A stretch of 64,000 bases of DNA from Chrysemys picta bellii. Taxonomy: Eukaryota. Below, piece after piece: positions 42,561 to 54,850 of the stretch (its first letter is position 1; the number at the start of each line of letters is the position of its first letter). The position numbers and the translations under genes are program-made. A model generated the notes under the pieces. That model saw only the letters and a program-made list of their open reading frames with translations, was not told where the DNA came from and ran no database searches. Location: contig NC_088791.1 of the NCBI RefSeq assembly GCF_011386835.1, forward strand, positions 92,256,001 through 92,320,000. The letters are read 5' to 3'.

Positions 42561-45361
42561 ATGAAGAGAGAGTTAACAGCCAAAGCAACAGCACATCCAA
42601 TATACCAACCAACATGATAAAAGTAATAATTTCACTTCAGTTTCAAACTAGTTCCTTCCTGCAAGATGTCATCTCTAGTCTCAGAAGAAAGTAAGGACAT
42701 AGCATTGGTATTCACACATCACTTCTAGGAATAAGGGTGGGTGAAGATGCTACTTGATAGGCTAGAGGGAGAAGAGCAAGGAATGATCCTAACTGAATTA
42801 GGAAAGGTGGCTTAGATCTCTGGCCTATACACAAAATTGCACCAGTTTAACTGAATCTGCTTAAATCGCACCTTCCATTAATTCAGTGCAATTCTGCGTT
42901 GACACTCCTTAAAATCCATTTAACCCTGGCTTACAGATACATTACTTTAAAACTGGCAGTGCCCACACATGGGGCTTGCACTAGTTTAACTCAACCAGGG
43001 TATGTCTGTCAGCACATATTGTGAGCCATCCTTACTGTGGGCCAAAAAGGATCCTGCCAACCATCTCTTTACAGGGCTCCCGTCAAGGGAAAGAAGCCAT
43101 TTTAGAGAGCAAGGGAGAAAGCTGGTAAGTTTGGAGACTTGGTTCACACAGATGAGGGGGGACCAAGCTTTGTGAGAGCTTTTGTGGGGGAGAAGGGAAA
43201 CTATCATTGCCCTAATACTGGATGACAAGATTGAAGGACCTGCTCAGAGATTTTCCAAATAAAATGTTCCAGGTGTGGGAAAAGCCAAGGGCCAAGACTA
43301 ATTAGTGTCTGATAAATGTAAAGGATTTTACTGCATGTCAACAGACAGTCGGGAATAGGCAGTGCAATTATTGTATCCTAAACCTATGGGCTGTTCTTTT
43401 GTTTGCTTACCCCTTTGCCAATAAAATATGCCTGAGTGTTTTCCATGTTTTTAACAGGAAGGCAGACTGATGGGAGATTGCAGGTAGATAGAGGCAGCAA
43501 TCTGGTTAGACAGCCAGCACTGCAAATGGGGCAGACGGATATAATCTCACATGAATGTTGTGGCCATTGTGCCCAGCCAGTAGTTTCCTGCAATTAAAAA
43601 GTCTCTTGTTTTTAAGACTTTTTACATTGCAATCTCCCCAAAGATCTGCCAAGTTGAGTCCAGCCACATAGTGTGGCTCAGCCAGGCCCTGTGCAGGCCA
43701 ATGCAGGCATTTCCACCTTGACTGGGAACAGTGGTCTATGAGCCGAAAGGAAGGAGGGGCACAAACAGGTAGAGAGCCTGGGAGATGACAGAGCAACCAA
43801 AACAGCTGAGCTGATGAGGGATTTGGCAAGAGCTGCAGAGGCATGTGGGTGGAGACTGTTAGAATAAGGGAAGGGGGGGAAAAGGGATATTTCCACCCTC
43901 ATGCAAGGTTATAACTGCCCTTTTACATACACTAACCACAGCATCCAGAAGACCCTTTCCCCCACCCCTGTGAAATCAACCTCCCCACTTCCCCAATCAG
44001 TACATAAAACAGTAAGAAGGTGCATACCTGCTGCTGTACATATCTCCCAATTCCTAGTTCTGCCAGTTCAACTTGGCTGTCTTCTCCAGTTTCAGGATTC
44101 CTGAAATGCAACCAGCAGCTCCAGTCCAGCTCCTTGTCCTGCTAGGCCATGGATCTACTGTCCTTCTGAGAGTTCTCCTTCGAGTCCCCTCAACAAAGCA
44201 CTGCATGTTGTCTCCATGCTAGTTAGTAGCAAATCAGGCAGAGTGGAAGGGTGTTCTGAACCGTTCATACTAGATCTTCCCTGCCTCCATCTCCTCACAG
44301 CACCATCTGACACGCCAAGAAATGTCCATCTCGGCCAGTCTGAACTCAGTTGCCAAGTTATACACTAAACCAGGCTGAGCTGGCCAGGGACCTCTTCCTC
44401 TCCCCAGACAGGCATCATAGACCATATATCAGTCTCAGGTCAGTGGCAGCAACCTTGTAAGATGGTCTCCTCTGAGACATGCTGGCAATAGAATCAGCTG
44501 GGTTGCAGAAGCAGATGATGTTGCTCGCTGTGAGAATACAGAGCTCCGTGGTAATGGTGTGTGCGATGCTACTTGTATGGACAGGTGGATTCCAGCCAAC
44601 TAAAGTTTTACACAGCAGAATGTGGATCTCACAGGCAATGACAAGCGTGATGGGGATAATTATTGGGAAGGCCATTGGCATCAGCAGGGCTAAGACAACA
44701 GGCAAGCTCCATCCACAATGGCCCTGTCTTGATGGAGACTGGCATAGCAGAGAACCAGTGGCTGTTAGCTTCACCCAAAGCAAGCTAATCCAGATGACCA
44801 TGGCCTTGGTGCACTAGCAGTAGTGCTGTGTCTGGATGTGATGTGTGCTATGTGCATGCTAGGGGACAGCATGGCAGATAGCACGGCCATTTCCCCTAGT
44901 CCACGACATGACCATGGAGTGAGAAGAACAAAGTAATACCAGAAAAACTAAAGGCATAGTGCGAAGACCCACCCACAGCTCAGGTGGGGATGGGGGCAGG
45001 GGGAGAAGACCGACAGAGACACGGTTTCTATTTCTAAAAAGTTTGGGGTTCCCTCCAGCACAACTTGGGAGGACAGAGTCCCACTTCCCTCCCATGCCCC
45101 ACCACCACCTCCAAAGGCCCCAAGTCATTGTGGCTGGAACTGGTTACAGCTGTGAATGGCTGATGCCATTCAATGACATTTCTATCTCAGATAACACCAA
45201 GATCCCTGCCCATTTCCCTCCACAGGATTCCAGCATGACCAGCAAGGCTCAGAGACAGAGTCTGATATCAAGCTCTTCTATACCATGTGGCTTCCAAACC
45301 TCTTCCTCACTCACCTCATGCACACAGGAAGAAGCCAATAAGCCCAGGTGACATGACACTA

Positions 45362-45544
<183 letters not shown>

Positions 45545-45586
45545 CTAATGCACAGCTCCTTCTTCTCCACCCCAACCTGCACTTAC

Positions 45587-45710
45587 CATCTTGGCCCGTC
45601 AGCGTTCCATCTGCCAGTTGCCCTGTCCCCTGGGAATGGAGGAATGCCCCAATTTTGGCAGACCATGCTGCCTTGTGCAGGACTTTAGCCTTCTTTGTAG
45701 GTGGTTTGCC
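45587..45710 (-). CDS. L3MBTL2: L3MBTL2 exon 4
   Basis: GKPPTKKAKVLHKAAWSAKIGAFLHSQGTGQLADGTLTGQD. Confidence 0.95.
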
Positions 45711-46083
45711 CTGTGGAAGCATAAAAAGAAGAGGAAGTTGGGATCCAGAGGCACAGGGATAATGTGTTCCTGAAGGCAAGGTGCAGACTCACCTCCCTAT
45801 CTCTGGCTGAAGGATTTCAGAGGTCATGACATTCTTCTACACTCACTGGGCCATGAAGAGCCAGAAACACCATGGATACAGCGCAGTTCTGCCCTCCCCA
45901 TCTTTTCCCACCCATGCAGAGAGCGGGACCCTTAGCATGCCCTAGTGCCCCTCAAGGAAGGAAGGGAGGCACCAATAAGGACTAGACTGCACTTGCTAGA
46001 GGCTTATCAGCAGATGGTTGACACTTCCCCCTACAGGCTACTCCCACTTTGATTTCAAAGGCCACCGGGTGGGTGTCACTCAC

Positions 46084-46217
46084 CTGCAGCCTTGCCAGGA
46101 TGCTGGCTTTCTTGGAGTTTGAGGAGTAGCTCCTGGAGCAGGAGACACTGCAGAAGCGTTTGGTCTTCGAAAAGAAAGCTTCCCTTGTACCCACGATCCC
46201 ACACATTTCACACACAG
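46084..46217 (-). CDS. L3MBTL2: L3MBTL2 exon 3 (FCS zinc finger)
   Basis: AVCEMCGIVGTREAFFSKTKRFCSVSCSRSYSSNSKKASILARLQ. Confidence 0.96.
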
Positions 46218-46388
46218 CTGGGGGAGAGGAAGATGCACAGAACGAGAGCTGGGGGATACAGCATTAACCCTGCAAGGGCCAAGCCCAGGCCACCAATGCT
46301 ACAGCACTGGGAAGTGTAACTAATTTGACTAGCCCCAGCAGAACCCTGAGAGCCTCTTGACAGAACTCAGAGAGCATAGAACACAATC

Positions 46389-46420
<32 letters not shown>

Positions 46421-46559
46421 GGGCAGTTCCACTCCCAGGGCATGAGTATTAAGCTAAACCACCACACATATCCTGAAGCACTGTACTGCTTTCAAATGGG
46501 TCCATATCGGTTTCTAATCAGCTATTGTGCCTCTTTGTTGCATGCAGCGCATACAGTAC

Positions 46560-46836
46560 CTGGCTCAGAGCCACTGTCCTCCATCAATCGGCCTGTAGTG
46601 GGCGGATGTAGCGGCAGAGGGGAGGTGGGCAGCTCCCCAGCTTCACGATCTGCCACATCATTATCACTAGACTCATCCAGGCAGGAGCTGCTGTCACTGC
46701 CCATGCTGCTGTTGTAACCCCGGAAACTATCATAACCCCCAAACAAGTCCAAGTCGTCGTCATCTTCATCCTCCTCTTCGTCGTCCTCCTCCTCCATCCG
46801 CTCCAAGGATGACGTCTTGTGGCAGAAGGAAGACAA
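46560..46836 (-). CDS. L3MBTL2: L3MBTL2 exon 2 (acidic N-terminus)
   Basis: MEEEDDEEEDEDDDDLDLFGGYDSFRGYNSS...EAGELPTSP...GSEP; a possible alternative acceptor starts the exon at 46815. Confidence 0.9.
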
Positions 46837-48379
46837 CTAGCGGAGAGAACAACTCTTCAGACCCAAGATTTTCAATATACCCTTATGCAGTAAGCGTGAC
46901 CTCAGCACAGCAGGGTTGTCCCACAAGGCTTCGGGAGGGGAAACCTGGTGTGGCTGTTAAGGATTCTATCTAGCAGACCCAAGAGCAAGTGTGTCCAACT
47001 CACTTGGGAGTGTGGGGGGCGGGGGGGAAGAGGACTCCCATCTGCTCAGTGAGTTCTCTTATAATGTTTTACCCATCATACTCAGCATTCCCAGAGAAGA
47101 AGAACTCAGTCTCAGAAGTGCAGAAAGTGGAGGGTGGAGGAAGGATATCAGGAGTGAGAATGTAGGAGACCTACAGCCATATTAAAGGAAGAGGGTAGTA
47201 ATAAGTTGGGGGGGGGGGGGGGGGGAAGAGTAGAGAACATGTCCTTTCATCCATTCTTCTTCCCAATAGTTGAACCTGTTCACTGGCAGCATTGGATATT
47301 TCTGTGCAGCATGGCAAGGCACTGACATGTCTAACACAGAGGAGACATTTCAGCTTCAGTCACTGAACTCCATGCCACCCCAACATTCCCCAATAAAGCC
47401 TGGGACTCGGGGATCAAATTCAGTCCTGAAACAAGGAGGTGCAATTCCTAAGGAACAACTGCACTGCCTTATGTCAGGGCTGAATTTGGCTCAGCAGACG
47501 CAGTGGCAGGAAAACAGGACAAGTCACATTTTCACATATTAAACCTTGGACAGACAGATTTGTATGAATGAAAGAGTTTAACATTTAATTTCATCATGAG
47601 TTGTTCATGACTATGTCCAGACCCGAAGCTGCTACAGCAATGGGATTGTTAGTAAGGAGGAGCAAGAGGGTAAAGGGACAGTGAACAAGGCAAGACAGGA
47701 AGGGTTGATGACTGCAAGAATGTAGGGTAAGAGGTGGTTTGAACTGGGCTTTGGATAGGGATGAAGGAAGTTAGGGGATAAGTTGCTCCTAAGAGATCAT
47801 GCAACTGCAGCAAAGCATCAGCCTCCATGAGGTAGTGCATGGTGAGGTGTGGCAGAAGGATGGAGAGGCCAGAAATGCCACAGTGGCGGTATAAGGAGAG
47901 ATCAGTTCACAGAGACACATAGCAAGGAAAGATCAACAATACAGTAGTCACACTGGAGGTTGACTGGTTACTTCAAAGTCACTAGTCCTTTACTGTTCCC
48001 AGGTGGCAATACAGTAACAAACTTTTAGGGCAAGAGATACCCTTCAGTCTCCAATCCCTGCACTCCATACTGCTTTCCCTCTTCATTCCTCCCTCCTCAA
48101 AACAAGAGCAGCCAGACATACTGGGACACAGTGAAACAGGCTCGGTCCTCGTGTAAACAGATCCAACTCCCATTAAAGAACAGGGGGCTTCCAGCTGCTC
48201 CCATCGAACCTGAACAGTTCCCCGCCGAGGCAGCAGCAGGAAAACGGGATATTGTTCACAGCCCTGGGCACGGGCCAGAGCCAAAAGCCGGCAGCAAAGA
48301 AGTCCAGGGGCTCAGCGACTACACCCCACCCCAAAGCCAGGCACCACTGATTGCGTTACCTCAACTGAAGGAGCCTTAT

Positions 48380-49450
48380 CTACCCACAGGCAGGTGGGGG
48401 CCCGTTACCGCACCACAAACCAGGCCCTTTTACAAACAGAATCCAGGGGACCCTCTGCGAAGGATCCTTCCCTGGCTGCCCACATCCCTGCCAAGCCCCG
48501 CTGGCTACGTACGTCCCCCTGCTGCGGCGGGCTGGCCGGGGGCCGCAAAGGGGACGGGGCGGGCTTCCCAGCCACTCCCCTGGGCGGAGCAGGGCTCTGA
48601 ATGGCGGCCTCTCATCCACAGGTGGCCGAGGCGCCCCAAAGCGCCTGCCACTATAACGCTGGGTGAGACCCACCGTGCTGCAGCGCAGGGCCCCCGGAGC
48701 CCCGCAGGGCAGCGCCTGCCTGGCCAGCTCCGCGGCGAGAAGGGGGAGGCGGGAGCTACCGTGTCCGGTGGCGGGTCCCGGGGAAGGCAAAGGGATCGGA
48801 GGCTGCAGCATCTCTCGGCCCCTGTCCGGCCCCCAGGGACCCCGCCGCTCACCTCGCCCCTCTCCTGCTCCATGGCTCCCGCCCGGCCCAGCTAACAGCT
48901 GGAGGCCGCCGCCAGGCACAGGCTGCCTTTGCTGATCAGGCCCCGCCCCCGGCAGGGCGTCACACGCCAGCCATGAGCGCGTTAGCTTCACCGTCCCCCA
49001 TGTACCGGAAAAGCCTATTGGCCCCTTGCTCCGGGCCAATCCCCGGAGAGATTGCTTAACAACCGGAAACAGCCGGGAACCCGTCCCTCCCGCCGCGAGG
49101 CATTCTGGGAGTTGCAGTTCGCAGGGCCCGGTAGCTTGGCAGAAGGCGGCCGCGTGGGGGGGTTACAGCCCCGCCTTTGAGGCAGGTGGCTCCTGGCGTG
49201 CTCCGTCCTTCCGCCTGCGTCATTCTCGCTACAGCCCTGGGCGGGGCGGCGTGGCTCACACCGAGCCGCCTTCCGTCTACTCCCAGGGGCGGGGCGGCCT
49301 GCGCTGGGAGGGAGGCGCGAACCTGCAGCAGGGATCGCTCCTGCGCTGGAGCACGCAGCGAATCCTGCCCGGTGTTACCCCGCGCAGGGAGCCAGGCGCT
49401 ACCCAGTGGGGCCAGCCCTGATGCGGATTCTTGTTTACCTTCAGCGCCTG
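48380..49450 (-). promoter_or_regulatory. CpG-island promoter of L3MBTL2
   Basis: High GC/CpG content. GC box at ~48940, ETS CCGGAA at ~49005 and ~49064, CCAAT boxes at ~49017-49040, and a ZNF143/THAP11 SBS-like motif gaactgcaactcccagaatgc (minus, 49100-49120). Confidence 0.85.
48853..48873 (-). CDS. L3MBTL2: L3MBTL2 exon 1 coding part
   Basis: GGAGCCATGG Kozak context; MEQERGE|GTGAGC; inside the CpG island; all 17 exons sum to 2160 nt in frame. Confidence 0.85.
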
Positions 49451-49682
49451 GAGCCAGGGGGCTGTGTGATGATTTCAGGCTTCCTTCTTAAAGCAGTAAG
49501 CTTCTAGCCCTTGGGGCTGTGGAGAAAGTGTCACAATGTGATATTCCCCTCCCCACAGACACACACACTAGAGCCTAAAGACTCAAACAGCAGAAGGTAA
49601 ATAAAAAACCCACCAAATTGTTTTACATCATCTCATGATTTTTAAAGCCAATCTCTTGATTTTGGATGAGCATGAGTCATGA

Positions 49683-49780
49683 AGCTTGGCATCCGAAGAA
49701 GTGAGGTTTTTACTCACGAAAGCTTATGCCCAAATAAATCTGTTAGTCTTTAAGGTGCCACCAGACTCTTTGTTGTTTTT
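49683..49780 (+). mobile_element. 98-bp Penelope-derived insert containing a minimal type-I hammerhead-like fold
   Basis: 11-bp TSD atgagtcatga (49672-49682, 49781-49791); same family as the 8368 element; core ggcat-CCGAAGA-a-gtgag..ctcac-GAAAGCTT-atgcc. Confidence 0.75.
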
Positions 49781-49804
49781 ATGAGTCATGATCAACATCT
49801 CAAC

Positions 49805-52800
49805 AGCCCAACACTGTGGCATTTAATTTCAAAAGGGGGAACTATGCAAAAATGAGGGGGTTAGTTAAACTGGGGTTACCATATTTAACAAATAAAAAAA
49901 GAGGACCCCTCCACAGGGCCCTGGCCCCGCCCCCGCCCATTTCCCACTCCCAGCCCCGCCCTGCCCCAACTCCACCCCTTCCCCGCCCCCCTCCCACTCC
50001 CAGCCACGTGAAAAGGGCTGCCCGAGCGCTACCGGCTTCACGGTTTGCCGGGCAGCCCCCAGACCCTGCGACCCCGGCCGGCACTTCCCCAGCGCAGCTG
50101 GAGCTCAGGAGGGGAAGCGCCCAGCCGGGGACGCAGGGTCTGGAGGCTGCCCGGCAAACCGTGAAGCCGGTAGCGCTCGGGCTTCGGGCAGCCCCCATGC
50201 CTCCGGACCCTGCACCCCCAGCCGGGCACTTCCCCTCCCGGGCTCCGGCAGTGCAGGGTCCAGAGGCACGGGGGCTGCCCGAAGCCCGTAGCGCTCGCCT
50301 CTTAAACAGAGCCGAAGAGTCGGGGAGGAGCAGCCGCCACGGCCGGAGGCTCTGCTCCTCCTCTGACTCTTCGGCTCTGTTTAAGAGCCGAGCTGCCCGA
50401 GCGCTACCGGCTTCGGGCAGCCTCCATGCCTCCGGACCCTGCGCCGCCGGAGCCCGGGAGGGGAAGTGCCCGGCCGGCGGCTGGGGTCCGGAGGCAAGGG
50501 GGCTGCCTGAAGCCCATAGCGCTCGGGCAGCTTGGCTCTTAAACAGAGCCGAAGAGTCACGGGGAGGAGCAGAGCAGCCGCGGGAGGGGAAGTGCCCGGC
50601 CGGCATTTTCCCGGACATGTTCGGCTTTTTGGCAATTCCCCCCAGACGGGGGTTTGATTACCAAAAAGCCGGACATGTCCGGGAAAAACCGGACGTATGG
50701 TAACCCTAAACAGAAGTTAAAAGGTACCGTGACTAAAGTGAAATCCCTGCAAGCTGCATGGGCGCTTTTTAAAGACACCATAATAGAGGCCCAACTTCAC
50801 TGTATACCCCAAATTAAGAAACACAGTAAAAGAACTAAAAAAGAGCCACCGTGGCTTAACAACCATGTAAAAGAAGCAGTGAGCGAAAAAAAAACTTCCT
50901 TTAAAAAGTGGAAGTCAAATCCTAGTGAGGCAAATAGAAAGGAGCATAAACACTGACAAAATTAAGTGCAAGAATGTAATAAGAAAAGCCAAAGAGGAGT
51001 TTGAAGAATGGCTAGCCCAAAACTCCAAAGGTAATAACAAAATGTTTTTTAAGTACATCAGAAGCAGGAAGCCTGTTAAACAACCAGTGGGGCCCCTTGA
51101 TGATCGAGATACAAAAGGAGCGCTTAAAGAAGATAAAGTCATTGCGGAGAAACTAAATGGATTCTTTGCTTCAGTCTTCACGGCTGAGGATGTTAGGGAG
51201 ATTCCCAAACCTGAGCTGGCTTTTGTAGGTGACAAATCTGAGGAACTGTCATGGATTGAAGTGTCACGAGAGGAGGTTTTGGAATTAATTGATAAACTTA
51301 ACATTAACAAGTCACGGGGACCAGATGGCATTCACCCAAGAGTTCTGAAAGAATTCAAATGTGAAGTTGCAGAACTGTTAACTAAGGTTTGTAACCTATC
51401 CTTTAAATCAGCTTCTGTACCCAGTGACTGGAAGTTAGCTAATGTAACACCAATATTTAAAAAGGGCTCTAGAGGTGATCCCGGCAATTACGGACCGGTA
51501 AGTCTAATGTCTGTACCAGGCAAATTAGTCGAAACAATAGTTAAGAATAAAATTGTCCGACACATAGAAAAACAAACTGTTGAGCAATAGTCAACATGGT
51601 TTCTGTAAAGGGAAATCGTGTCTTACTAATCTATTAGAATTCTTTGACAGGGTCAACAAACATGTGGACAAGGGGGATCCAGTGGACATAGTGTACTTAG
51701 ATTTCCAGAAAGCCTTTGACAAGGTCCCTCACCAAAGGCTCTTATGTAAATTAAGCTGCCATGGGATAAGAGGGAAGGTCCTTTCATAGATTGAGAACTG
51801 GTTAAAAGACAGGGAACAAAGGATAGGAATTAATGGTAAATTCTCAGAATGGAGAGGGGTAACTAGTGGTGTTCCCCAAGGGTCAGTCCTCAGACCGATC
51901 CTATTCAACTTATTCATAAATGATCTGGAGAAAGGGGTAAACAGTGAGGTGGCAAAGTTTGCAGATGATACTAAACTGCTCAAGATAGTTAAGACCAAAG
52001 CAGACTGTGAAGAACTTCAAAAAGATCTCACAAAACTAAGTGATTGGGCAACAAAATGGCAAATGAAATTTAATGTGGATAAATGTAAAGTAATGCACAT
52101 TGGAAAAAATAACCCAAACTTACATACAATATGATGGGGGCTAATTTAGCTACAACAAGTCAGGACAAATCTTGGAGTCATCGTGCATAGTTCTCTGAAA
52201 ACGTCCACGCAGTGTGCAGAGGCGGTCAAAAAAGCAAACAGGATGTTAGGAATCATTAAAAAAGGGATAGAGAAGAAGACTGAGAATATATTATTGCCCT
52301 TATATAAATCAATGGTATGCCTTCATCTCAAATACTGCGTGCAGATGTGGACTCCTCATCTCAAAAAAAAGATATACTGGCACTAGAAAAGGTTCAGAAA
52401 AGGGCAACTAAAATGATTAAGGGTTTGGAATGGGTCCCATATGAGGAGAGATTAAAGAGGCTAGGACTCTTCAGCTTGGAAAAGAGGAGACTAAGGGGGG
52501 ATATGATAGAGGTATATAAAATCATGAGTGATGTGGAGAAAGTAGATAAGGCAAAGTTATTTACTTATTCCCATAATACAAGAACTAGGGGTCATCAAAT
52601 AAAATTAATAGGCAGCAGGTTTAAAACAAATAAAAGGAAGTTCTTCTTCACGCAGCACACAGTCAACTTGTGGAATTCCTTACCTGAGGAGGTTGCGAAG
52701 GCTAGGACTATAACAGAGTTTAAGAGAGAACTGGATCAATTCATGGTGGTTAAGTCCATTAATGGCTATTAGTCAGGATGGGTAAGGAATGGTGTCCCTA

Positions 52801-52963
52801 GCCTCTGTCTGTCAGAGGGTGGAGATGGATGGCAGGAGAGAGATCACTTGATCATTGCCTGTTAGGTTCACTCCCTCTGGGGCACCTGGCATTGGCCAGT
52901 GGCGGTAGACAGGATACTGGGCTAGATGGACCTTTGGTCTGAGCTGGTATGGCCTTTCTTATG
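49805..52963 (+). mobile_element. 5'-truncated CR1 LINE with disrupted ORF2 (reverse transcriptase) and complete 3' UTR
   Basis: RT motifs across frameshifted ORFs 50654-52772 ([41 protein letters not shown]); 3' end at ~52963. Confidence 0.95.
49871..50708. mobile_element. GC-rich hAT (Blackjack/Tip100-like) non-autonomous element inserted into CR1
   Basis: TIRs t(g/a)gggttaccata; CR1 frame AFNFKRGNYAKMRGLVK is interrupted and resumes QKLKGTVTKVKSLQAAW; internal direct and inverted GC-rich subunits. Confidence 0.85.
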
Positions 52964-54666
52964 AACATTTGTGGTGGGCTAGAGTGCAGCTTTTTTTGGT
53001 CCCAGCTTTTGTTTGTTCATTTCAGCACTTAGGTACTACACACACTGGTTTACTTGAGAATACAGCCAGTCATAAAATCTAGGAAGATGGCAGGTTACTG
53101 GGGTAACTTGTGTGTCAGAGAAGAGTGGTAGCAATCATTAGCGCTGTAGTTCCTGTCCTGATTCTTTAAAAGTTGAGACTTTGAAGGAAGGTTAGCCATT
53201 CCCCCTCCCCCCTTACGAAAGTCCTACACAGCTGAGTTTTTACAGCTCTCCCTGCAACAGCTCCTCATTTGGATCTTCTTTGGAGGAAAAAGGAGTTGCC
53301 CTCACAGTTTGGGACACAGATTTAGATACATTTTTATGATCCACATCTTTGCCCTTCATTTGATAAAATGGCAAAATAATTAACCCATCTTACATTGAAG
53401 GATATCATTAGCATCAGTGAAACGAATGATCAGTTTACACCTCAGAGCTATTGGTTCAGTTCTGAGTCTGCATGGATTTCTGGCTGAATTATGCTGCTGT
53501 GTGTTGGGGGGGCGGGGGGGGGGCGGGGGGGGGCTTCCCTCCACCACCACTATAGTAGCTAAAGAAAGAAACAAACAAACAAAAAAAACACACACCACAC
53601 ACCCTACCCCCTACCACAGGCTCTGGAGAACATTTGACATATATGTCCATCTCACCCATGCTACTCCTTCAAACCCTTTGACAGGCATGAATGGGAAGTG
53701 CAGCATTAATTCTTATTATAGTCTTGCTGAACTCTGCTTCAAATCAGGGAAACCTTAAGTGAGCTGGGGGTTACCTAATGACAATTTGAGAGTGGCCTTG
53801 TTTCCTAATAAAGAAAACCCCACTGTAGAAGTGACACAGCACACTGCTACCATTTCATTAATGGAACAGTAAGAGGGGTGTGGGGGAAAAAGTTAAGAGA
53901 TGTTGGTAGCCCATTTATTTCTACAAACAAACCAAGCTTAGGAGGTTTCCAGCCCCTTTACATTGGAGTGTTTTGCTTTTACTATTTGACAATTAGTCAG
54001 TAGAGACTGGCAACATCTGCCAGAAGTAAGTAGGTCCCCTACTGTGCATCATGTTGCAAAGACTCCAGTTCCACAGCCCACCCAGGGACAGTTGTAGCTG
54101 GACAAAAAGGAGGGGGGGAGTTACTCCTTCTAGCAAAACTGATCTGCTCTGAATTAGTTTCACACACTGTCGGAGTTGACTCAGGCAAACCATAGGCTAG
54201 AGGTGGTGGGGCTGGACCCCAAGCCAATGCCAGAGCAAAAGTTGATCTGAACTTTTCGAGCCCAGCTTGGGAGGGGAGGGGAGGGGAAGGGAAGCCTGTT
54301 CTGTAGGGGTGGGAGAGTGAAAGGTTTCTCTTCTCTCCCCTTTTCAGAGTGGTTCATTCATTTCAGAGCAGTAAAATAAAGAGGCAGACCATGTGTGTCT
54401 GCTCTAGTCACCTTTGGGTGTTGCTAGTTTCCGAACCTGGGCTTAGCAAAACAGTCTCAAGGAGTTGCATCCTGAGTGGAGTGGTGGTATGTGGTAAGAC
54501 AAAGGGGAAAGATTCCACAATCATAACCCTAGAACCTCAGCTGTGGTAACAGGAAGTTGTTTTGGGATTATTTAAATAAAAGGTGCTGGGAGCAGCAGTT
54601 ATCTGGAGACATCCAGACATGCTGGTGGAGTTTTCTTCTGGGTTTACACCAGAAGTACAATATTAG

Positions 54667-54850
54667 AATCATAGACTTTAAGGTCAGAAGGGACCATTAT
54701 GATCATCTAGTCTGACCTCCTGCACAACGCAGGCCACAAAACCTCACCCACCCACTCCTGTATCAAACCTATGTCTAAGCCATTAAAAGTCCTCAAATCA
54801 TGGTTTAAAAGACTTCAAGGTGCAGAGAATCTTCCAGCAAGTGACCCGTG
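54667..54850 (-). mobile_element. CR1 3' end fragment
   Basis: atcatagactttaaggtcagaagggaccattatgatc, same family as the 3278 copy. Confidence 0.85.

Noticed and set aside
44100-44830. Hydrophobic 128-aa ORF in L3MBTL2 intron 5
   Set aside because: No splice context or recognisable domain; probably decayed transposon sequence
47200-47226. Long G runs (also ~41865, ~53510, ~60781, ~61836) as functional G-quadruplexes
   Set aside because: Homopolymer runs are common and error-prone in assemblies; nothing else supports a function
48131-49491. Long ORFs (254 aa, 219 aa and others) over the L3MBTL2 promoter
   Set aside because: Low-complexity G/P/A/R products of a GC-rich CpG island; only the 21-nt exon 1 is supported
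49816-50703. 295-aa and 258-aa ORFs
   Set aside because: They arise from the GC-rich repetitive interior of a non-autonomous hAT element; no domain signature
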